DNA of 52,566 nucleotides from a virus: positions 1-52,566 of IMG/VR virus record IMGVR_UViG_3300048588_000115, one strand, 5' to 3'. The position numbers were made by a program, and so were the translations under genes. Below the pieces are notes generated by a model, which saw nothing but the letters and a program-made list of their open reading frames with translations, did not search any database and was not told the DNA's origin. This document shows positions 46,444-52,191 of the stretch, piece after piece (the stretch's first letter is position 1; the number at the start of each line of letters is the position of its first letter).

Positions 46444-46965
46444 TTAGATTTCCTTAGATACTACGTCAATAACTTCAGTAGATTTCTTACGTGTAAGCTT
46501 TGCAAATTCCATTGCTAAATTCTTTAAGATTTCGTTTGCTGAGACTTCATCGCCACTACGAGTAGCCTGAAGCTTTTCGATTTCAGCTGAACGTGTCAGC
46601 AAGTTATTCATTGCGGAGTTTGCATCACGTAAACCCACAGGCTTACGCATAAGCTCGCCGGTCTTGTTATTGAGAATGTATTCGCCGTTGCGAAGCCGGT
46701 CATCCATGATGTCTAAAGACGTAGCCGCAATGGTATTGATTTTGGATTGAAGCTCTGCTCTGGCTTCCTGCTTGACTTCTTCCATGACAGCAGGCCACCA
46801 CTCAGCTTTCTTCCATTGAAGGATAGTGCCGTATGGGATATTTGTCAGCTCGCTTGCGAGGCGTATATTGCCTAGGCGAACGATATGCCTTGCTACTTCA
46901 TAGCGGGCTTCTTGTGGATGTGGCTCGTTATGGCGAACCTTAAGCTGTGTGTCTTCTGTAGGCAT
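46444..46965 (-). CDS. terminase small subunit-like / HTH DNA-binding protein
   Basis: It is the first gene of the late arm. HTH-like IRLASELTNIPYGTILQWKK. AGGAG RBS. Confidence 0.45.
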   Translation of the reverse strand: MPTEDTQLKVRHNEPHPQEARYEVARHIVRLGNIRLASELTNIPYGTILQWKKAEWWPAVMEEVKQEARAELQSKINTIAATSLDIMDDRLRNGEYILNNKTGELMRKPVGLRDANSAMNNLLTRSAEIEKLQATRSGDEVSANEILKNLAMEFAKLTRKKSTEVIDVVSKEI

Positions 46966-46982
46966 TGCGACTCCTTTCCTAT

Positions 46983-47011
46983 ATTATACCACAGAAAAGG
47001 CGATTTGTCAA
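46983..47011 (-). promoter_or_regulatory. consensus sigma70 promoter for the minus (structural) arm
   Basis: The minus strand reads TTGACA-17 nt-TGgTATAAT, followed by AGGAG and ATG 46965. Confidence 0.75.
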
Positions 47012-47070
47012 TAGCAAAAAGCATATTTATTAAAAATAAATAGAAATATGTAAAAAAGTAAGAAAAAGAC

Positions 47071-47098
47071 TTGACTTTTTTTCAAAAGACGATATAAT
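47071..47098 (+). promoter_or_regulatory. near-consensus sigma70 promoter for the plus arm
   Basis: TTGACT at 47071-47076, a 16-nt spacer, and TATAAT at 47093-47098. Confidence 0.65.
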
Positions 47099-47099
47099 T

Positions 47100-47220
47100 A
47101 AGTAATATATATATATATAAGTAATAAAAGAATATAAAAGTTATTTACTAATAAGTTTTATGTTCTTTTATATATAAGTTATTTATTTAATTAATTATAT
47201 ATAAGTTGATAAAAAGATAA
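47100..47220. repeat. extremely AT-rich tract with repeated TATATAAGT words (possible DNA-unwinding element)
   Basis: tatatataagtaat, tatatataagttatt and tatatataagttgat are read directly. No ORF. Confidence 0.5.
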
Positions 47221-48391
47221 AAAGACTAGGGACGCGTAGCGTCTGCGAGCATCAGCGAGCCAAGTTACATTTAAATAACCCCTAGGAAGGCTTTAAAGGT
47301 ACCTAGAAGGCGTTAAAACAGGTGAAGGTATACCAGGGTAGCCAGAAGACATCTTAAGGGGCTAGAATAGCCTCTAATCGAATAGCCCTATTATTTCCCA
47401 CCCCATAAAAATGGTATAAGAGGTGTTTCACACCAATTCAACCAGAGAAGTTTTCCCCCCACCCCCTCTTTGTGACAGGGAAGACTACTCAGTTCCATAC
47501 ACTACTGTATGGTCTATTCATCATATGATACTACGTAGGGGAACGTTACCATGTAGGGTATGATTAGGGTTAACACCTATACCCCCTCCCACTATATGGA
47601 AATGCCCGGGAAGCCCCCTAGCTGGGCGATACGGCCGTTTTCGCTGAATCTGAGGCCGACCCCTTCAAAAATATAGTTATGCGCCTGTAGGGTATCCCTG
47701 ATTAATACCCGGTATGGTATGCCGTCACCCAGGTAAACACATACCCATACCCCGTACCGTATATACCCATACCCGTTATCACCTTACTTGACAAATGGTC
47801 TTTATTCTGGTATTCGCGCAGCGCAGGCAGGCCGGCGGCCGATACCTGACTAATACCGTCGGATACCCTTGTCAGGGTCGATCATTCGTGTTACCCTACG
47901 TGCGCGCGTGCGCAGATCCAGCCAGCAGCCTAGGAATGAGAATCATTCGCATCCACCCAGGCCGGGAGGGTTATTAACCCTACTGTTGACATGGGTATTT
48001 TTAACAGGCATAATGCAGACATGCGCTGAGTAATCGGTGCTAGCGAGCTAGGTCGGCGTGCTGACCGAGGCGGCTATCTTTAACAATCGATAATTGCAGA
48101 CCACGCGGCGAAGGCCAATGAACGCAGCCGCGCGAAACGTCTAGGGCGAATGCAAAAGCGCACAGCATGTGAATGCTCGCTTGCGGATTCCGTCTCCCGA
48201 TGGCCCGTCACTGCAACGTAGTGGACTGGCAATGCCAGACGTTCGCCGAATGGAAAGGGCGACTATAAAAATTACCACTTCGATAATAGATGGGGATATG
48301 GTGTAATGGCACACACCTAACGGATTCAACCGGCTTGAATCCCCATATCCTTGTACATTAACGCCGTTAACCTAACTGCTAGTGTGCAAGG
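47221..48391. other. ORF-free, motif-rich segment (iteron-like repeats and many hairpins), function unknown
   Basis: No credible ORF in about 1.17 kb. CTAG(G)AAGGCnTTAAA occurs twice (47282, 47304). TGTAGGGTAT occurs twice (47551, 47686). ATACCC/GGGTAT words are clustered at 47690-47870, and ATCATTCG occurs twice (47881, 47942). Confidence 0.6.
47986..48014 (+). promoter_or_regulatory. sigma70-type promoter TTGACA-17 nt-CATAAT with an adjacent palindrome
   Basis: TTGACA at 47986-47991 and CATAAT at 48009-48014. The inverted repeat GGGTTA-T-TAACCC at 47968-47980 lies just upstream of the -35. Confidence 0.5.
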
Positions 48392-49033
48392 ATGATGGAG
48401 ATACAAATGCAACATGCAATGGAAACCATCCGCACCAGCGGCTCGCTGCCCATGAAGAAGGCACCGATCCGCCTGGAATCGCGGGATGACCGGCTTCAGG
48501 GTGAACTGCTGTCGGCCGAAGTGCTCGCCGCTGCCAAGGGTCACGACAACATCTGGTTGGCCTTCGCGTGGCGTGTCATCGACATGACCCCGGAAGCGCG
48601 GGATGTGTTCGTGAACCGCATCAAGGCGGAGAAGTCGGCCATGACCAAGGGTCAGACCGAGGCTGGCGTCGACGAGAAGACGGCCAAGTCCCGCACCGCC
48701 ACGTTCGGAGTGCAGGTGTCCCGCTTGACCGGCATCGCCAAGGCGTGGAACGCCGGGGGCAGTGTCGAGGGTCTGTGTGACTACATGAATCAGGGCTTCA
48801 CCGACAAGAGCAAGCACGCCAAGCCCGAGGACATGCGGGCACATGCATCCTTCATCGGGATCTACGAGTACGCCAAGATCCTGAACGGGTCCGGCCTTGG
48901 TCGCAAGCCTGATGCACTCGTGGTCAAGCTCGCCAAGTTCATCAAGGCGAACACCAGCACCGACGCCGACGCCAATGACACGGCGCTGATTGCCAAGCTC
49001 ACCGAACTCTACAAGGAGTTCAACAAGGACTGA
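48392..49033 (+). CDS. hypothetical protein, GC-rich (alternative start 48407 after GGAG)
   Basis: 213-codon ORF with a balanced K/E/A composition. The overlapping minus-strand 306-codon ORF is H/R/G/L/V-biased, typical of antisense to a GC-rich gene. Confidence 0.6.
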   Translation: MMEIQMQHAMETIRTSGSLPMKKAPIRLESRDDRLQGELLSAEVLAAAKGHDNIWLAFAWRVIDMTPEARDVFVNRIKAEKSAMTKGQTEAGVDEKTAKSRTATFGVQVSRLTGIAKAWNAGGSVEGLCDYMNQGFTDKSKHAKPEDMRAHASFIGIYEYAKILNGSGLGRKPDALVVKLAKFIKANTSTDADANDTALIAKLTELYKEFNKD

Positions 49034-49040
49034 GCATCCT

Positions 49041-49056
49041 CCCCCGTGTTCGGGGG
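49041..49056 (+). terminator. GC hairpin after the 213-aa ORF (weak terminator candidate)
   Basis: CCCCCG-TGTT-CGGGGG, followed only by TT. Confidence 0.35.
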
Positions 49057-49129
49057 TTAGCATCATTAATGGTGTTAACCCCTGCACATGCAGGTCAACG
49101 CGGTGATAACCGCAGAAAGGTCGATCATC

Positions 49130-49300
49130 ATGGCACGCAAGCACACCCACCTTGGCGTCTACACTGTCCATGGCTTCATGACGCCGGCAATGGCAAAAGC
49201 GCAGAAGCTCCAACCCATCACGGTGCGCCAATACCGTGGTATCCAAGGTGCACGAGCCCGTGCACTTAAACTCCTGAACAACCGCACAACGGTGCGTTAA
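49130..49300 (+). CDS. hypothetical small basic protein, GC-rich
   Basis: MARKHTHLGVYTVHGF...; AAAGG lies before ATG 49130. The ORF track starts at 49088. Confidence 0.45.
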   Translation: MARKHTHLGVYTVHGFMTPAMAKAQKLQPITVRQYRGIQGARARALKLLNNRTTVR

Positions 49301-49316
49301 CAGGAGTAAAGCAACT

Positions 49317-49463
49317 ATGACAAATCAAGAGCTACTTGAAATCCTCAAGAGCAAGATCATGCTTAATGAAATGTCCACAGAAGAATTAACTCTGCTAATG
49401 GACATTTGCGAGTGTGATATTATTAATCGCATGGCCGCCGCTGCTGGCTACATGGAAGATTAA
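49317..49463 (+). CDS. hypothetical small protein (48 aa)
   Basis: Preceded by the TAACAGGAGTAAAGCAA cassette. Hand-translated: MTNQELLEILKSKIMLNEMSTEELTLLMDICECDIINRMAAAAGYMED. Confidence 0.5.
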   Translation: MTNQELLEILKSKIMLNEMSTEELTLLMDICECDIINRMAAAAGYMED

Positions 49464-49476
49464 GGTCGATCATCAA

Positions 49477-49602
49477 ATGCTTCTAGTCAAGATCATCGGA
49501 ATCATCATTGGTGCTGTGGTTGTTGTTGTTGTTTGTGAATTACTCTGGCCCACTGAGGATGAGGTGCTTGATGAGTACGAGCGTGTAAATCGTGGGTGGT
49601 GA
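49477..49602 (+). CDS. small membrane protein (41 aa)
   Basis: MLLVKIIGIIIGAVVVVVVCELLW is a TM segment followed by an acidic tail. Confidence 0.4.
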   Translation: MLLVKIIGIIIGAVVVVVVCELLWPTEDEVLDEYERVNRGW

Positions 49603-49619
49603 CACCTAATTGAATTAAG

Positions 49620-49704
49620 CCCCGAATGGTGTAATTGGTAGCCACATCAGCCTTAAAATCTGATGCCGTAAGGCGTGCCGGTTCGAGTCCGGCTTCGGGG
49701 ACCA
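49620..49704 (+). tRNA. tRNA-Leu (anticodon UAA), type II with a long variable arm, CCA encoded
   Basis: Hand-folded. Acceptor CCCCGAA/TTCGGGG, D arm GTG..CAC with GG, anticodon loop CTTAAAA, variable arm GCCGTAAGGCGT, and T arm GCCGG-TTCGAGT-CCGGC, then ACCA. Confidence 0.8.
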
Positions 49705-49716
49705 ACAAGGTTCGAT

Positions 49717-49914
49717 ATGAAATGGGAATACATTGCCGCTGCTGATATTTATCGTTGTGGTACATACCAAATCGTGGTGTCGCACACACCGGATTTCAAC
49801 GAGCGAATGGACTTAAACTATCCACGAATTTCGTTGACAATTCCATGGGGTGCACATCAATATGGTTTGGTAGTGCTCGAAGCTGCAATTAAAGCACACG
49901 AAGACGTACCATAA
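49717..49914 (+). CDS. hypothetical protein (65 aa)
   Basis: ATG 49717 lies 6 nt after AAGG. The ORF track's upstream start lies inside the tRNA. Confidence 0.5.
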   Translation: MKWEYIAAADIYRCGTYQIVVSHTPDFNERMDLNYPRISLTIPWGAHQYGLVVLEAAIKAHEDVP

Positions 49915-49927
49915 ACAGGAGTAAAGC

Positions 49928-49984
49928 AATGGCAAAGAAAACAGTGCAAGAAATGATTACCGTGATATCGGGAGAAATCAAATG
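49928..49984 (+). CDS. 18-codon mini-ORF sharing its RBS cassette and MAKK start with the repeat-protein paralogs
   Basis: TAAACAGGAGTAAAGCAATGGCAAAGAAA is identical to the 50772-50799 context. ATGA overlap with the next gene. It may be a recombination remnant. Confidence 0.3.
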
Positions 49985-50326
49985 AAGCTAGCTGTGTATG
50001 GTACTTTACGTAGCGGTGAAGTACGCGGGCCTGTACTTGCTGATTACCCGTGTCTTGGGACATTCCGCACGGATTCATGTCACACTATGTACGACTTGGG
50101 TGCATATCCTGCTGTTAAAAACGAAGGGGATTCTCCTATCGTTGTGGAGTTGTATGAAGTTGATGACGATGCCATGGCAATCTGTGATAGGATTGAAGGT
50201 GTCTCGTTTGGGCTTTATAAACGAGACATTGCTTACGTAAACGGAGAACACGCAACGATCTACACCTATCTACACGATACAGCTGATGACCGTGTGATTG
50301 CATCAGGAGACTGGTGTAATCGTTAA
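49982..50326 (+). CDS. gamma-glutamylcyclotransferase (GGCT/AIG2-like) family protein
   Basis: N-terminal LAVYGTLRSGE and later VELYEV...IEG...Y.R fit the AIG2/GGCT pattern. Confidence 0.6.
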   Translation: MKLAVYGTLRSGEVRGPVLADYPCLGTFRTDSCHTMYDLGAYPAVKNEGDSPIVVELYEVDDDAMAICDRIEGVSFGLYKRDIAYVNGEHATIYTYLHDTADDRVIASGDWCNR

Positions 50327-50336
50327 TTGAAATAAT

Positions 50337-50412
50337 GTCACGTTAACTCAGTGGTTAGAGTAGCCGACTCATAATCGGTTGGTCGTTGGTTCGAGTCCAA
50401 CACGTGACACCA
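50337..50412 (+). tRNA. tRNA with CAU anticodon (elongator Met, or Ile2 if lysidinylated), CCA encoded
   Basis: Hand-folded. Acceptor GTCACGT/ACGTGAC, D arm ACTC-AGTGGTTA-GAGT, anticodon arm GCCGA-CTCATAA-TCGGT, and T arm GTTGG-TTCGAGT-CCAAC, then ACCA. Confidence 0.85.
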
Positions 50413-50433
50413 CTCAACAACCTTGGAGTAATC

Positions 50434-50616
50434 ATGATTTCATCTATTCGTCGTCCCACTGCACTTGCATTAGCGCTTGTTAATGCAGCCGCCAATGACC
50501 TTACAAAGCAGCAAGGCAAGGTCGATCATAAGCGCTGGGTTGCACGCCACGTGCGTGACAAAGTGGAAAACACACAACTCGGCACTAAAGTGGAATTGTC
50601 CACAAAGGTGTTCTAA
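50434..50616 (+). CDS. hypothetical protein (60 aa)
   Basis: ATG 50434 follows GGAG at 50425-50428. The upstream part of the track ORF overlaps the tRNA. Confidence 0.5.
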   Translation: MISSIRRPTALALALVNAAANDLTKQQGKVDHKRWVARHVRDKVENTQLGTKVELSTKVF

Positions 50617-50774
50617 TGGACTACTTGGTGTATCTAGGTGTCTATCCTTTCGATGAGATCATCGGTAAAGTGTCTGCGGACACACACGAAGAAGGGCTTG
50701 TAATTGCCATCAACCAATACAAACAAATTGGTGTTCCGTCACCTGTAATTGAGCCGATTAGCGCAACGCATTAA
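50616..50774 (+). CDS. hypothetical small protein (52 aa)
   Basis: TAATG coupling. Hand-translated: MDYLVYLGVYPFDEIIGKVSADTHEEGLVIAINQYKQIGVPSPVIEPISATH. Confidence 0.45.
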   Translation: MDYLVYLGVYPFDEIIGKVSADTHEEGLVIAINQYKQIGVPSPVIEPISATH

Positions 50775-50787
50775 CAGGAGTAAAGCA

Positions 50788-51387
50788 ATGGCAAAGAAAG
50801 AATTTGGCTGGCATTTCGTAGCTGATAAGCTGCGTGATGGCTCGCCTATCCCTGCTGATGGTGTACCGCTTGTGTATAGCGGTGCTATTCACATCTGCAC
50901 GTCAGGCTTGCACTTCTCAAGCAAGCCACACCAAGCGTTGCGGTATGCACCAGGCAATACGCTGTGCTACGTGCAGGTGGAAGATGTGCGAGAGCGTCAG
51001 GCAGACAAAGGTGTGTGCAGCAAACGTACAATTATTAAGCGGATTAATGCCAAGCAGTTGATGCGACGCTTCGCATGTGATCAAGCGTTGTCTGTTGCAC
51101 ATCTGCGTGAGCCCAATGCCGTTGTGGATAAGTATCTGCAAACGGCTGACCCTGCTTTGCGGGATGCGGCGCGTAGCGCGGCATGGAATGCGGCGCGGTA
51201 TGTGGCGTCGAGTGCGGCGTGGGATGCGGCGTCGAGTGCGGCGTGGGATGCGGCGTCGAGTGCGGCGTGGGATGCGGCGTCGAGTGCGGCGTGGGATGCG
51301 GCGTGGGATGCGGCGCGGTATGCGGTGTGGAATGCGGCATGGGAAGAATTCGATAGGCGTGTGTATGCTGCTTTTGGCTTGAATTGA
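50788..51387 (+). CDS. Ala/Trp 4-residue-repeat protein, paralog A
   Basis: ATG 50788 follows the AGGAG cassette. The N-domain is [61 protein letters not shown]. The C-terminus has AAWDAASS repeats. The antisense PHSTPH ORF was rejected. Confidence 0.75.
   Translation: MAKKEFGWHFVADKLRDGSPIPADGVPLVYSGAIHICTSGLHFSSKPHQALRYAPGNTLCYVQVEDVRERQADKGVCSKRTIIKRINAKQLMRRFACDQALSVAHLREPNAVVDKYLQTADPALRDAARSAAWNAARYVASSAAWDAASSAAWDAASSAAWDAASSAAWDAAWDAARYAVWNAAWEEFDRRVYAAFGLN
51165..51345 (+). repeat. coding tandem repeats (12-nt period; four 24-nt units encoding AAWDAASS)
   Basis: agtgcggcgtgggatgcggcgtcg is repeated four times around 51211-51300. Repeat number and order differ from paralog B. Confidence 0.85.
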
Positions 51388-51453
51388 TGCGGTATTTACG
51401 TGCTTGTGGCATTTGTGTTTTGTTCTTGATCCTCATTATTATTTGGAGTTAAT

Positions 51454-51618
51454 GTGAGTACCACATCTAGGCGCGTATGTGCAATGCGCAAAAAATCAAA
51501 ACCTAGTCGCACAAAGTCAAATCGTGCGATTATTTACATCGCTGTGCTACCACCAACTGGATGGCCTGCATTTACTGGTCAAAATTGGGCCGATCTTGGC
51601 CTGCGTAGGAGAGGGTAA
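51454..51618 (+). CDS. hypothetical small basic protein (GTG start)
   Basis: GGAG at 51445-51448 lies 5 nt before GTG 51454. TAATG coupling downstream. 54 codons. Confidence 0.35.
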   Translation: MSTTSRRVCAMRKKSKPSRTKSNRAIIYIAVLPPTGWPAFTGQNWADLGLRRRG

Positions 51619-51860
51619 TGACAATCGAAGCAAGACGTATTGACCACAACACCTATGATCTGTTCATTGGAACACAGTGGTCTGATTGGATTCGTGTGCG
51701 GCGTGGTCGTAATGGCACGTATCGCCTTGTAGGTATTCGCGTACCGAAAGCTGTATTGCATTGGCTTAACGATGTGCTCGCACCGAATATGCCCATAAAC
51801 TATGGGCAAGACATTGAGTGTATGCTCCACAACATTAACGCAATCAACGCAACAAGGTAA
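51618..51860 (+). CDS. hypothetical protein
   Basis: 80-codon ORF. Confidence 0.5.
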   Translation: MTIEARRIDHNTYDLFIGTQWSDWIRVRRGRNGTYRLVGIRVPKAVLHWLNDVLAPNMPINYGQDIECMLHNINAINATR

Positions 51861-51862
51861 TC

Positions 51863-52186
51863 ATGTTTAAACCATTTTATATTCATCGTCATTCTGGCTC
51901 AGGTTTCAATAATCCGCATCAGCGAACTCGTCGTGGCTTTACAATGTATGTGTCGCCTAATAAGGACGATCATCAATTAGCTGACGTTCGTGTTGCATGG
52001 TGCTCTGGTGCAGATAACTTTTGTCGCAAAACTGGGCGACAACAAGCAGAGGGCGCATCGGTCATCAGCGTCAATAAGCGTGATTTGCCTCGATTTGTTG
52101 CCCAAGCTGCAACTAAGATCGCGCGTTGTCAGAGGGTGCCTACGTTTATTACCGACTATTATTATCTTTACCGCTACATGCTGTGA
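51863..52186 (+). CDS. hypothetical protein
   Basis: 107-codon ORF starting 2 nt after the upstream stop. Confidence 0.5.
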   Translation: MFKPFYIHRHSGSGFNNPHQRTRRGFTMYVSPNKDDHQLADVRVAWCSGADNFCRKTGRQQAEGASVISVNKRDLPRFVAQAATKIARCQRVPTFITDYYYLYRYML

Positions 52187-52191
52187 TTACG

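Noticed and set aside
47795-47977. 60-codon plus-strand ORF inside the ORF-free segment
   Set aside because: It has no RBS and an R/G/P-biased product, and it spans repeat motifs. It is probably a chance ORF.
48292-48352. A third tRNA gene
   Set aside because: Acceptor-like and D-like helices exist, but there is no canonical anticodon arm or T-loop and no spacer nucleotides 8-9. I kept it only as a structured element in the findings.
48326-49246. 306-codon minus-strand ORF opposite the 213-aa gene, and 48141..48329 minus
   Set aside because: H/R/G/L/V-rich composition and no RBS. They are oriented against the plus arm. The plus-strand product has normal composition and a GGAG-ATG start.
49505-49789. 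94-codon minus-strand ORF containing ...EAGLEPARLTASDFK...
   Set aside because: It is the antisense translation of the tRNA-Leu gene, a classic artefact.
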